Below, in pieces: positions 1 to 10,198 of a stretch of DNA of 64,000 nt. This DNA comes from a virus: the IMG/VR virus record IMGVR_UViG_3300045988_122657, positions 25,488 through 89,487 of that record. One strand, given 5' to 3'. A program made the position numbers and the translations under genes. The notes below the pieces were generated by a model that was given only the letters and a program-made list of their open reading frames with translations, did no database searches and was not told the DNA's origin. Numbering within the stretch: position 1 is the stretch's first letter; each line of letters starts with the position of its first letter.

Positions 1-1043
1 AACCCTTCAATGTAACTTACATTATGTAATGTAGCTCTTGTGGTTTCTGCGCCATCAAGATCAACTGGATCGAATACTGCAACTGGATTAATCAACCCTG
101 TACGAGATGTATTCCATTCAATATCTCTGATTGTTGTTTTGTAGAGGTCATCTTTATATTTGTAGGCGATCAACGATAATGGATGATGCCCCGTCATTCC
201 TAACGATTTACCATATTGATAATCGTTGTAGGAAATAATTAAACCATCAACAGGATATTTGTATTTTTCTGGCTGAAATGTTGCCATATACTCTTCAACA
301 TTATCTCGGTTAACGACCTGATGCTCTACTACATCAAACCCTTGTTCTGCAAGATATTTAAAGCTATCTGCAATGCTTGGCATTTCTGATTCAGGTGTGT
401 CTCCAAGTTTGACTAATTCAAATACTTTGTAAGCCAACTTCCTGTCTTTTGCCACATTAGAGTCTAACTGTCTAACAGTACCTGCTGCTAAATTTCTTGC
501 ATTTTTGTATTTGCCATGTAATTTTTCATTAATCTTAGCAAAATCATCATATCCAATAACTGCTTCACCACGAATTTCAAGATAACGCTTTTCAGGGATT
601 GACTGTGGAACATTTCGTACCATTTTCATCGTGTGAGTGACATCCTCACCGATTTCGCCATTTCCCCTTGTAATTGCTTGTTTTAAGCGTCCATTTTCGT
701 ATCTGAGAACAATACTGAGACCATCTTCTTTCCACGATAAAACACCAATTTTATCCGCAAGAAATTTTTTGACCTCATTGACATCCTTCGTCTTCTGAGC
801 TGATAACATTGGGCGTGTATGCTTTACTTTAGCCAGAGAATCAATTATAAATCCTTGAACGTGGTGGATGGGCGAATTATTCAAAACAACGCCAGAATCT
901 CTCTCAAGTCGTTCTAAAGCAGCGCATAAATCGTCAAATTCTTTATCTGAAATGATCGGATTATCCTCTGCATAGTACGCATATGAAGCATCATTGATTC
1001 TGTCAATCAAGACATTCATTTCTTTCACATATTCAGTTTTCAT
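1..1043 (-). CDS. ligA: NAD-dependent DNA ligase (LigA-like), N-terminal ~347 aa; gene runs off window start
   Basis: Minus-strand ORF from ATG at 1043 to the window edge (not in ORF track because it is incomplete). Translation MKTEYVKEMNVLIDRINDASYAYY... contains the adenylation KxDG-type block 'SWKEDGLSIVLRYENGRLKQAITRGNGEIGEDVT', typical of LigA. Confidence 0.7.
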   Translation of the reverse strand, partial: MKTEYVKEMNVLIDRINDASYAYYAEDNPIISDKEFDDLCAALERLERDSGVVLNNSPIHHVQGFIIDSLAKVKHTRPMLSAQKTKDVNEVKKFLADKIGVLSWKEDGLSIVLRYENGRLKQAITRGNGEIGEDVTHTMKMVRNVPQSIPEKRYLEIRGEAVIGYDDFAKINEKLHGKYKNARNLAAGTVRQLDSNVAKDRKLAYKVFELVKLGDTPESEMPSIADSFKYLAEQGFDVVEHQVVNRDNVEEYMATFQPEKYKYPVDGLIISYNDYQYGKSLGMTGHHPLSLIAYKYKDDLYKTTIRDIEWNTSRTGLINPVAVFDPVDLDGAETTRATLHNVSYIEG

Positions 1044-1126
1044 AATTTTTTGATTTTCCTTTTCTTGTTTATATTGTTTAGTTGATTATTTTAATTTGTG
1101 TTTCTATGTCTTTCAGTAACTGCCAA

Positions 1127-1765
1127 TTACTTCACTACATATATTTTTCTGTGCTGTTGCACATTTACTGTTTCGGAATGTGTTGATTTAAATACGTCTA
1201 CATGCATTCCTTTTACCTTGCCTCCACAATCTTCTGCCACAAAGATTGTATCGCCATATCCCTCAATCTTAACTCTTGTTCCATAAGGGATAATGTTTTT
1301 ATCAACCGCAATCGTATGATACGGTCGAGCAAATTTATGCCCTGCATGATTCCAAGCAATCTTAGATCCATATCCTTCAGAACATTCATAACATGGACAA
1401 TATGCCGTGATCAAAAATATTCCAAGTGAACTCTTTTCAAGTTCTTGCTTTCGCTTCAACCGCTGTCGTTTAATTCGTAATCGTTTCTTCCAAAGTTTTT
1501 CTAACCAAATCTTCCTTGCCTTCTCTTCATCAGCTTTCTTACATTTCTGATAATGCTCATGAACGTCTTTTAATTCAACGCTTTGGCTGATTGGATTGTT
1601 TGAAATCACATTGCCTTGTTTATTTTCTGCAACAGTTGTCTCTGTTGATAAGGTTGAAGTCTCTACCGAGGGTCGCTCCTCTGCTTTAACTGTGTGAGTC
1701 ATAAAGCCCGAACACATTGCTAAGAAGCTAAATGAAACAACTTTCATTAAAAATCTTTTTCTCAT
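1127..1765 (-). CDS. secreted 3D-domain protein (MltA/RpfB-type cell-wall binding/lytic domain)
   Basis: Signal peptide MRKRFLMKVVSFSFLAMCSG..., K/R-rich coiled segment, C-terminal 3D-like block '..IPYGTRVKIEGYGDTIFVAEDCGGKVKGMHVDVF'. SD AAGGAG 8 nt before the ATG at 1765 (ORF track start is 1789). First gene downstream of promoter-repeat copy 1. Confidence 0.55.
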   Translation of the reverse strand: MRKRFLMKVVSFSFLAMCSGFMTHTVKAEERPSVETSTLSTETTVAENKQGNVISNNPISQSVELKDVHEHYQKCKKADEEKARKIWLEKLWKKRLRIKRQRLKRKQELEKSSLGIFLITAYCPCYECSEGYGSKIAWNHAGHKFARPYHTIAVDKNIIPYGTRVKIEGYGDTIFVAEDCGGKVKGMHVDVFKSTHSETVNVQQHRKIYVVK

Positions 1766-1795
1766 TTTTGCATCTCCTTTCCTTAACATATTGGT

Positions 1796-1853
1796 ATTTT
1801 ACCATACTTCTTGCACCCTGTCAATAGGTGCAAAGAATAAAGTTAATTTTTTA
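1796..1853 (-). promoter_or_regulatory. strong sigma-A-type promoter embedding palindrome TTGCACC-N9-GGTGCAA (copy 1 of 2)
   Basis: On the minus strand: -35 TTGACA (plus 1819-1824), 17-nt spacer, TG-extended -10 TAAAAT (plus 1796-1801), A/T-rich UP region. The 7-bp inverted repeat (1811-1833) is centred on the -35. A near-identical ~50-nt copy lies at 40916-40973. Confidence 0.6.
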
Positions 1854-4116
1854 AGCTTAACCAGGTGCGCCTCTTATTATGATTTGTCACGATACATCTC
1901 TTAAACGCTTCTGGCTCTGCAAGGAGCGCAAATCTTTTCTTAGCTCGTGTTAACATTGTATATAGCATACAGTTATCAAGCAATTTGTAATGTGTGTTGT
2001 CAATGATGCCAATTACAGTTTGAGCAGCCGATCCTTGAAGCTTATGCGTTGTTAATGCATATGCCAATTGAAGTTGTCCTAACTGAGCAAAAGAATATTC
2101 AATCATCTTTTCTTCAATATTTGCATTCATAGATACCAAACATATTTCTTTTTCTTTATCAATTTCTGTAATATATCCAATATCGCCATTGAATACATCT
2201 CTCTCATAATCATTTGAAGTCTGTAATACCTTATCTCCTAAATAGTATTTACGATCTTTGAATTCAACAAATGGTTTATTACTACCAGCAAATAATTCTT
2301 TCTGCACTGCTTTATTCAATTCATCTGTACTGTTCGTACAATTACTTCTTCGTGGGGAAATAATCACAACATTATCAAGCCCTTCCTCTTTAACAGATTT
2401 AATATACTGCTTTACTGCCATGTTAAACAACGATTCTCTATTCTTCCTGAACAAATAGAACATGTCATTTAGTTCACCATGAACAATTTTTAATTGTGGG
2501 CTATCCAATGGATTAATCCCTCTGCGAATCTTTCTTGCATCCGTTAAAATACCAGATTTTTCTGCTTGTCTCATCGGTTTGGTAAGCTGTACACTATTTA
2601 AACCTTTCTTTTTTAACAGATCCGAGAAAATATTACCAAATCCAATCGGCGGCAACTGCATATAGTCACCACAAAAAATTAATCGTGTTCCTGGTCGAAT
2701 TGCCAATAAAAAATTATAGAAAAGGCTCGCATTTGTCATGCTACTTTCATCCATGATTACCACATCAGCAGGTAATGGGTTATCTTGGTTATAACAAAAA
2801 CTATCAATACCTTCTGCTACAAGTAACCTATGAATAGTCCGTGAGTCTAAGCCTGTTGCTTCTTTAATTCTTTGGGCTGCTTTTGCAGATAAAGCACACG
2901 CAACAATGCTATTATTTCTTTTTTGGTAGCATTTAATAATTGGTTTCAGAATTGTTGTTTTACCAGTTCCAGCTTCTCCAGAAATAAACACAACTTGGCA
3001 ATTTAATGCTTTGTTAACTCCTGTAATTTGCTCTTCTGAAAACATAAACCCTTCTTCATCTTCAACTTCAGAAATCGTCTGACTAATCTCACTATCTGTT
3101 ATTGGTTCGTAATCTGTTGTATTTCCAAATGAATATTTCTCCATATCTTTAATCAATTCGTAAATATCCATTTCAATTGTATAATACGATTTCAGACCAA
3201 TTTTATCTCCAGATGTATATAAATAATTTGGTATTTTTTTATCTGATTCTTCATCAAGCCATTCGTCAAATATAGGTAGGCATTCAGACGCTGCATTACT
3301 AATATCGCTTCTTAAATTTTTGATATATACATATGTATGTCCATCATTATCACCAACTTGATGCAAGTCGTAAGAAATAAATGCATTTAACCGTTGATTT
3401 GAGCATCGCAATTCTGGTTTTAATTTGAGCGCAATATCATCAACTCGTTTAAACCCCATGCCCTTTACTCTAGTGAGTATATATGGATTTTGTTCAATCT
3501 GTTTTTTTAAAACACTTGGATTAGGTTCGGATTTCAATAATCTTTCAATCGTTGGTAACGTAACCCCATATGGTTGCAACATTACAACAATATCAGAAAT
3601 CACATAGTTTTTAATAATTTTATCTCTAAGCTTCTTCCAAGTTTTATCTCCTAGCCCTTTGATTTCTGAATGGTCAATCATCTCTAACTGACCATTCATT
3701 ACATCTTCAACAACATTAGGATATTTCGCAATTAACTGATCTGCGATCGCTGCGTTCGTCTGTGTTTTTAAAAATACCTTTTGTGCTTCAAAAGTTTTAG
3801 GAACTTCGGCAACTATAGAAAGTGGTTTATATTGGTATTCATTGTATTTCTTAGAATATGCCATATTGGCTTTAACCTTATATTTCGTTCCTAAATACAA
3901 CTCCTGCATATTACCAACCAATTTGCCACATTTGTTCATTTTTTTATCGGATAAGTCATCAAAATCATTATTGTTATATGGTTTGCATTCTGGTAAATCT
4001 TCTGCCGTACAGAATGTGTAAATTCCAAACAAAGATTCTGCATTATAATAAATCTGATATAATGGGACAATCTCAAACTCATATTCTTTTGTACTATCCA
4101 CCACTTTAGGCGACAA
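1843..4116 (-). CDS. RecD-like SF1 DNA helicase
   Basis: Walker A 'GEAGTGKTT', Walker B 'VVIMDESSM', motif 'HKLQGSAAQTV', and N-terminal HhH-like 'GMGFKRVDDIALKL'. Confidence 0.7.
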   Translation of the reverse strand: MSPKVVDSTKEYEFEIVPLYQIYYNAESLFGIYTFCTAEDLPECKPYNNNDFDDLSDKKMNKCGKLVGNMQELYLGTKYKVKANMAYSKKYNEYQYKPLSIVAEVPKTFEAQKVFLKTQTNAAIADQLIAKYPNVVEDVMNGQLEMIDHSEIKGLGDKTWKKLRDKIIKNYVISDIVVMLQPYGVTLPTIERLLKSEPNPSVLKKQIEQNPYILTRVKGMGFKRVDDIALKLKPELRCSNQRLNAFISYDLHQVGDNDGHTYVYIKNLRSDISNAASECLPIFDEWLDEESDKKIPNYLYTSGDKIGLKSYYTIEMDIYELIKDMEKYSFGNTTDYEPITDSEISQTISEVEDEEGFMFSEEQITGVNKALNCQVVFISGEAGTGKTTILKPIIKCYQKRNNSIVACALSAKAAQRIKEATGLDSRTIHRLLVAEGIDSFCYNQDNPLPADVVIMDESSMTNASLFYNFLLAIRPGTRLIFCGDYMQLPPIGFGNIFSDLLKKKGLNSVQLTKPMRQAEKSGILTDARKIRRGINPLDSPQLKIVHGELNDMFYLFRKNRESLFNMAVKQYIKSVKEEGLDNVVIISPRRSNCTNSTDELNKAVQKELFAGSNKPFVEFKDRKYYLGDKVLQTSNDYERDVFNGDIGYITEIDKEKEICLVSMNANIEEKMIEYSFAQLGQLQLAYALTTHKLQGSAAQTVIGIIDNTHYKLLDNCMLYTMLTRAKKRFALLAEPEAFKRCIVTNHNKRRTWLSLKN

Positions 4117-7100
4117 CCCCCTTCACTTTCTTAATATCTTCTAGCCATTGTTTATATGGTTTAATTTTCTTTGCAATAACCTTTTCATCTGAATCTTTTC
4201 TACACAACATAGCAATCTGATTCCCTTTGACGATTAAGTCTTCATATTCTTTCAATTGTGAGTGCCAGACGATTGCCTCAGTCAATCCAAAACTAGAATA
4301 TAAATTCACATACGCAAATGTCTTTTTATTTTTGTCTTTCTTTTTATCAACTTTAGCGATCACTGCAACCACAGTGCAATCATCTCCATTTTCAACATCT
4401 TGAAATTGTTTTGACATATACTTGTATGCCTGATCAAATGGGTTATCGTTGATAAAGATTTGCAATGCTTCAAATTCCCAAAAATCTTCATTCTCAAGAT
4501 ATTTTTGATTCTGTGCGATAAATTTCTGAAATCGTTCTTTTTCCTTATCTTTATACAATTCATACCTTTTATCGTTGTAAGCTTTTAATATTGCATCTTT
4601 GTCGTAATCATATTTCTTCTCACCTATACGGTAATATTCAGCGTCAATATCCCATTTAATAAGTAACTGTTTGTAACTCGGTGCTTTTGCAACTGGCTTG
4701 AATGTTGTTGGCTGATACATAGATTTCAAATACTGAATTAAAGTTTTACGTTTATTCTTTGTCGGAATTGCACCTGCCTTAATCAACTGAATAACCTGTG
4801 ATTTACTTGGATTAATACGTTTGCAAAAGTTTTCAAACCCTATGAATTTACCATTTTCATCACGGTCTTCAAGAATTACCTTTGCAATTTTTTCTCCAAT
4901 ACCACTGATAGCCGATAATCCAAACAATATATACACATCATCAATACTGAAATTCATCATTGATTTATTTAAGTTTGGTGGTAACACTTGAATCTTAAAC
5001 GCCTTGGCATCAAGAATATATTTATTTACCATTCCTGCCTTATCTTTATTGCGATTCAATAATGCCTTAAAGAAGCATAATGCGTGATGCTTCTTCAAAA
5101 ACGCTGTTTGTAAGCATAATACAGCATAGGAGTACGCATGACTTTTATTGAATAAGTATCCCCCTTTTTGGGATAACGTCTCGCTAATCTGTTTTGCAAT
5201 TTCTTCAGGATATCCATTCTCAATAATCTCGTAATAAAGCTTTTTAGATTCAGACTTCACAAGTTCAATATTCTTTTTACCAATCGCCTTACGGAATAAG
5301 TCGGCTCCTCCATAACTTCGACCACCAAATTTACGAACAATATCAAGTAATTGCTCCTGGTAAATCATACATCCATACGTTTCCTTTAAGATTGGCTCCA
5401 TATCTGGATGGATATATGTAATTTTCTCTGGATGATGCTTGTACTCAATGAATTCTTCTAAAACATCCATTGCATCTGGTCTGTACAATGCCAATACAGC
5501 AGCTAATTCTTCCATGTTTGAGACTTGTAACCTAATCAACAAGTCCTTCATACCAGCACTTTCAACTTGGAAAACACCATTAGTCATTGCACTACGCAAT
5601 AATTCATATGATCCTTTGTCCATTTCAAATTTTGGATTGTTAATATTTACATCAAACTCAGTTAACCCTGCGTCAATTTCAGCTTCTTTTACAGTGTTTA
5701 ATGTGGCAACACCTAGAATATCAAATTTAATAATTCCAATTTCTTCAACGATACGTTTATCTACTTGAATGACGTGCTCTCCGTCAGTTCCAAGTTTCAT
5801 TGCCATATAATCGCTAATATCTGTATCTACAATCCCCACACCACCTGCATGAGAAGATACTGTTTTTACTCTACCTGCAAGATGAGATGCAACGTCAAAA
5901 AGCTCTTCATATCTTGGGTTCTCTGCTAAATCTCTGTTATTCCATAAAGATTCTTCAATCGTGTCATATACAAATTTTTTACTTAATTTATCCATCTCGT
6001 GATAATTGAACCCTAAGACCTTGCCAACATCTTTGATTGCCACAATTGGAGTAATAAAACTGAAATTGATAATCTGGCATACCCTGTTTTCGCCATACTT
6101 ATCGATCAAATATTGGATAATCTCATCTCGTGTGCCAACATCTGTATCTGTATCTGGCATTGAAATTCGCTCTGGATTCAAAAATCTTTCAAAAATCAGT
6201 CCATATTTGATAGGATCTAAGTCTGTAATTGTAATCGTGTAACACACTAAGCTACCTGCGCAACTACCTCGACCAGCACCAATTGGAATACCATTTTCTC
6301 TTGCGAAGTTGATAAAATCCCAAACAATCAAGAAGTATCCATCGAATCCCATTGAATGAATAATATCTAATTCGTAATCAATTCTTTCTTTTCTAAGTTT
6401 CTGCTCATCTTCTGGTAATTTATCGAATCCTCGTTTTACCCACCCTGTATCAATCAGATACTTTAAATAAGAATAATTATCTTCAAATCCTTCTGGTAAT
6501 GGGAAAGATGGTAACTGAGGTGCTTGAAATGGCATGTGAATTTCATCAATTAAATCTGCAATCCTATCAGTTTCTTCAAGCCCTTTGGTCACTGCGTCTT
6601 CTCCAATTTGACTATCCATAATTGCATGAATTTCATCGTCAGATTGTAAATAACATCCTTCATAAATTTCTGCTGCGGTTTCAGTATCGTGAGCAAGCTT
6701 TACATGCCAGTTCTGATAATACAGATCTTCTTTTCTAGCAGCATGACTATCAGTTGTGATAATGTATGGTGTATTAGTGTCTACTGAAAGCTGTAAGATT
6801 TTCTGATTATATACCATTTGATCCTGATGTGAATGTGACTGCATTTCTAAATAAAAATGTGGAAAAATCTCTTTATATTCACGAACATATTCAACACATT
6901 TCTGATAATCTGGCTCTCTGGCAAGTTTAGATGCTAAACAAGCACTACTCACAACCAGATCCTTAGCATATGGTTTCAACGCATTCAGATCAATTCGTGG
7001 CTTGTAGTAAAATCCATGAAAATTTGAATCAGTTACCAATTGATTAATTGCTTTTCTACCATTCTCATTCTTTGCCAATACAATTAAATGGAAATATTTG

Positions 7101-7339
7101 CTATCCTTATTCTGCTCTGTCATATCAAAACATTCATAGAATTCAACTCCAAAAATCAGTTTTATATTCGGATATTTTTCATGAAGTTTGTCATAATAAC
7201 ACCAACTATACTCATTTCCATGTTCTGTGATAGCCAGTGCTTTTAGTCCTATCTCTTCTGCTCTTTGTAAGTTTTCTTCAGGTAATGCATATCCATCTAA
7301 CAATGAATAATGCGAATGTGTATGTAATGAACTGCTCAC
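4106..7339 (-). CDS. dnaE: DNA polymerase III alpha subunit (DnaE-type) with N-terminal PHP domain
   Basis: PHP motif 'LHTHSHYSLLDGYALPEE..ALAITEHGN' and the DnaE core 'GFDGYFLIVWDFINFARENGIPIGAGRGSCAGSLVCYTITITDLDPIKYGLIFERFLNPERISMPDTDTD'. Length 1077 aa. Confidence 0.85.
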   Translation of the reverse strand: MSSSLHTHSHYSLLDGYALPEENLQRAEEIGLKALAITEHGNEYSWCYYDKLHEKYPNIKLIFGVEFYECFDMTEQNKDSKYFHLIVLAKNENGRKAINQLVTDSNFHGFYYKPRIDLNALKPYAKDLVVSSACLASKLAREPDYQKCVEYVREYKEIFPHFYLEMQSHSHQDQMVYNQKILQLSVDTNTPYIITTDSHAARKEDLYYQNWHVKLAHDTETAAEIYEGCYLQSDDEIHAIMDSQIGEDAVTKGLEETDRIADLIDEIHMPFQAPQLPSFPLPEGFEDNYSYLKYLIDTGWVKRGFDKLPEDEQKLRKERIDYELDIIHSMGFDGYFLIVWDFINFARENGIPIGAGRGSCAGSLVCYTITITDLDPIKYGLIFERFLNPERISMPDTDTDVGTRDEIIQYLIDKYGENRVCQIINFSFITPIVAIKDVGKVLGFNYHEMDKLSKKFVYDTIEESLWNNRDLAENPRYEELFDVASHLAGRVKTVSSHAGGVGIVDTDISDYMAMKLGTDGEHVIQVDKRIVEEIGIIKFDILGVATLNTVKEAEIDAGLTEFDVNINNPKFEMDKGSYELLRSAMTNGVFQVESAGMKDLLIRLQVSNMEELAAVLALYRPDAMDVLEEFIEYKHHPEKITYIHPDMEPILKETYGCMIYQEQLLDIVRKFGGRSYGGADLFRKAIGKKNIELVKSESKKLYYEIIENGYPEEIAKQISETLSQKGGYLFNKSHAYSYAVLCLQTAFLKKHHALCFFKALLNRNKDKAGMVNKYILDAKAFKIQVLPPNLNKSMMNFSIDDVYILFGLSAISGIGEKIAKVILEDRDENGKFIGFENFCKRINPSKSQVIQLIKAGAIPTKNKRKTLIQYLKSMYQPTTFKPVAKAPSYKQLLIKWDIDAEYYRIGEKKYDYDKDAILKAYNDKRYELYKDKEKERFQKFIAQNQKYLENEDFWEFEALQIFINDNPFDQAYKYMSKQFQDVENGDDCTVVAVIAKVDKKKDKNKKTFAYVNLYSSFGLTEAIVWHSQLKEYEDLIVKGNQIAMLCRKDSDEKVIAKKIKPYKQWLEDIKKVKGVVA

Positions 7340-7350
7340 TAACTTTCACC

Positions 7351-9099
7351 TCAATCCCAAATATCTTCGTCTAATTCTTCATCTGTTGTGATGCTCAGAA
7401 CATTAATATCATCAACCGCAATTTGATATTGTCTAATTCCGTTAAAGATATTAGTCTGTGCAGTTCCTACTAATTCAAATGCAACTGTACCTTCGTCAGA
7501 AAAATCGTTTATAATCCAATCATAAATCTTATTTTTTTCATCACATCTAAACATCACGCATGGAATATCATTAATCTTGAATTGCATTGTATCCATTTTT
7601 TTACCAACAACATTAATCTCTTCCTTATTTAATGTAATATTCTTGACAGCAATCATCGGATCATCAATACCCTGCCCACGAATATCATCTAATTTAGACA
7701 TTTCCTGTAGTAGTTCAAAATCTAATCTGCAAGCATCTACAATGAAATCAACTCTATAAGTTGCATCATATTTAATATCTTTCAGCTTGTCGTTTAATTC
7801 TGTGATTGCTTTAGAGATATTATCTGTCGAACATCCAAATGCATTGGCGTGACCTTTTGCCCATAAAAATGAATTTGTTTCGGATATCACATCTTTCAAA
7901 CTATCAATCGGGCTATGGTCTACATTCCTTGCACTACCACTCATTTCTACTAATCCTGTTTCTGGATTAATATGTTTTCGTAATAACAAGCATGGTCTGT
8001 TCATATCTTCAGCAATCTTAATAGCAACCAATCCTGTCAAACTGCTATCTAATGTTTCTGTAACATCAAGAATAGTAATCTTACTATCTTTATCTTTTTC
8101 TGCCTCTTTCATAATAATCGGAACCATCTTTTTCTTTTGACGATCCTGTTTGCCTTTAGCATTTTTGCATAATCGAGCAGCACGATCGTAAATATTCTCT
8201 TTGATTACTTCCGCAGGGTTGTTTTTTGTTGCTCTTTTCTTATAGTCAAATACCTCATAGTCTTCAATAAATGCTCTAAAAACTAATTCTTTATCTTTCA
8301 AAGAACCAAATCGTACCATACCATTGATAATTGGAACGATATACCACTGAACATTATGAATATTAACAATACTATGCATTGAATAATCTTGTGCATTGAT
8401 CAGCGCTTTGAAGCATTCATTCTGAATATTCTGTATTCCTTTATTGACTAAACGACGTGTTTCAAAGGATCTCATATCCATCACATCACCAATATTGGCT
8501 AATGCACATAAATCTAAATAATCATCTGCATAATTAATCCATAATTCATCATCCATTGCCTGTAAAAATCTATAGACAATCCCAGCCCCACATAAGTCTT
8601 TATTTCTATATCGTGGACTACACTGATTATTTACAATTACAACTTCCTCTGGCATTATTTCTTCAGATTCTTCTTTTTCATGGTGATCAAGAATTACAAT
8701 CTGTACGCCACGGTCTACAAGTTCTGTACATTGTGCTATATCATTGGTGCCTGCATCTGGAATTATTAGAAGTTTCACGTCTTCAGGTATAGTAATATCT
8801 TCACTTAATCCATGAGCTTTTGCTTTTTTATGTAATAAGTAACAAATGTTACTCTTACCATCATAAAGTTCATTATTAATGCGATTTAAGTACATATACG
8901 CCATCGAAGCCGAGCAAAATCCGTCTACGTCCTCGTCAATTAAAATACCGATTTTATGTCCATTTTCAAGTGCAAAAATCGTTGTATTTACTGCGTTTTT
9001 GATACCCTCTAAATCGGCATAATCTTGAATTACGCTATCATCAAGGTTCAAATACGTTTCATAATCATCAATCCCTCTATTTCTTAAAATTTCTGGCAC
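7351..9099 (-). CDS. DHH-family phosphoesterase (RecJ-like exonuclease)
   Basis: DHH motifs 'GILIDEDVDGFCSASM', 'LLIIPDAGTND' and 'VILDHHE'. Sits between dnaE and the primase gene. Confidence 0.55.
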   Translation of the reverse strand: MPEILRNRGIDDYETYLNLDDSVIQDYADLEGIKNAVNTTIFALENGHKIGILIDEDVDGFCSASMAYMYLNRINNELYDGKSNICYLLHKKAKAHGLSEDITIPEDVKLLIIPDAGTNDIAQCTELVDRGVQIVILDHHEKEESEEIMPEEVVIVNNQCSPRYRNKDLCGAGIVYRFLQAMDDELWINYADDYLDLCALANIGDVMDMRSFETRRLVNKGIQNIQNECFKALINAQDYSMHSIVNIHNVQWYIVPIINGMVRFGSLKDKELVFRAFIEDYEVFDYKKRATKNNPAEVIKENIYDRAARLCKNAKGKQDRQKKKMVPIIMKEAEKDKDSKITILDVTETLDSSLTGLVAIKIAEDMNRPCLLLRKHINPETGLVEMSGSARNVDHSPIDSLKDVISETNSFLWAKGHANAFGCSTDNISKAITELNDKLKDIKYDATYRVDFIVDACRLDFELLQEMSKLDDIRGQGIDDPMIAVKNITLNKEEINVVGKKMDTMQFKINDIPCVMFRCDEKNKIYDWIINDFSDEGTVAFELVGTAQTNIFNGIRQYQIAVDDINVLSITTDEELDEDIWD

Positions 9100-9166
9100 A
9101 ACATTAGAGGTATCATTTGTGCCACCTTCATATAATTTGTATTTTATATGTATAACCTGCCTGTTC

Positions 9167-10195
9167 TTATTTAAGTGTATACAAATAGTTATTTAACAAT
9201 AGTTCCCATTTTTTAGGATCATCAGTAGGTGATTCTTTTTCATCAAGGATTCCTTCTTTTGAGTTATCCATGATGTATGAAATCGGAACTCCATCAATAA
9301 AACGATCGCCAAGCTTTTGAATCTCTTCTAACTCAACATCTTTGTCAAAAATAAATACTACTTCAACTCCGAGTCTTGTTAACATATCAATTTGCTGTCT
9401 TGAAACTTGCTTGCCGCCAGTTGCTACAACATTTTGATATCCATATGACCATAGCTGCATGACAGCTTTTTCTGCTTCTGCAACATATACTCTTCCAACC
9501 CTTTCTATATAAGGTAGAGTTTTATTCAATCCGTATAAGATTCTTTGTCTAGCGCATGGCTCAATATATAAATATTTCAAATCATGTTTATCTAACTCTT
9601 TCTTGAACAATCGTCCTTTAACACCTACCAAATCACCAATTTCAGAAAAAATAGGTATTGTAATTCTGTTTGTATCTTCGTCATAGCCAATATTAAATTC
9701 TTTCTGTGTTAAATAAGTAATATGATCTTCATAAAACAGATCATTAACATAGTCCTTATAATAAGAAAGAATTCGTTTTGAAATTGGTTTGACTGGTTTA
9801 TCTTCTTCGGTTTCTATATTTTCTTTCATATCATGAATCAATTGAGTGATCTGCAAACTTTCTGGCAGTTGCTCATTAAAATCATGATAATAATCTATGC
9901 CGATCAAATTGGCTAGATATTTTAAACCGTCTGGGAAAGACAGACTTTTTGTAAAGCATACCAAGTCAATTAAATCTGTCTGTCTTTCTTTTGCTGTCAT
10001 TTTTCTTGTATAATTTGTGCAATTTAGGTTTTCGTTGTTATATGTAATAACTGCGGATTCATTATCCCCATCTTTATTTGCACAGCTCCAATATCCAGAC
10101 GAATGATATTTAATATGATGACAGCCTATATCTTTCAGAATATTTTCTACATAATTATTGTCGTATATATATTCTTTTAGCTGTGCTACATCCAT
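9167..10195 (-). CDS. DNA primase (DnaG-like TOPRIM domain)
   Basis: Cys/His-rich N-terminus (CHHIKYHSSGYWSCANKDGD) and TOPRIM block 'YVAEAEKAVMQLWSYGYQNVVATGGKQ...FIFDKDVE'. Confidence 0.6.
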   Translation of the reverse strand: MDVAQLKEYIYDNNYVENILKDIGCHHIKYHSSGYWSCANKDGDNESAVITYNNENLNCTNYTRKMTAKERQTDLIDLVCFTKSLSFPDGLKYLANLIGIDYYHDFNEQLPESLQITQLIHDMKENIETEEDKPVKPISKRILSYYKDYVNDLFYEDHITYLTQKEFNIGYDEDTNRITIPIFSEIGDLVGVKGRLFKKELDKHDLKYLYIEPCARQRILYGLNKTLPYIERVGRVYVAEAEKAVMQLWSYGYQNVVATGGKQVSRQQIDMLTRLGVEVVFIFDKDVELEEIQKLGDRFIDGVPISYIMDNSKEGILDEKESPTDDPKKWELLLNNYLYTLK

Positions 10196-10198
10196 AAC

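Noticed and set aside
5439-5768. Plus-strand ORFs antisense to dnaE, recD, DHH and other minus-strand genes (e.g. 2258-2458, 3425-3607, 5439-5768, 6006-6242, 7048-7230)
   Set aside because: Fully nested antisense within long, motif-supported minus-strand genes; low-complexity Ser/Leu/Ile-rich translations typical of shadow ORFs.
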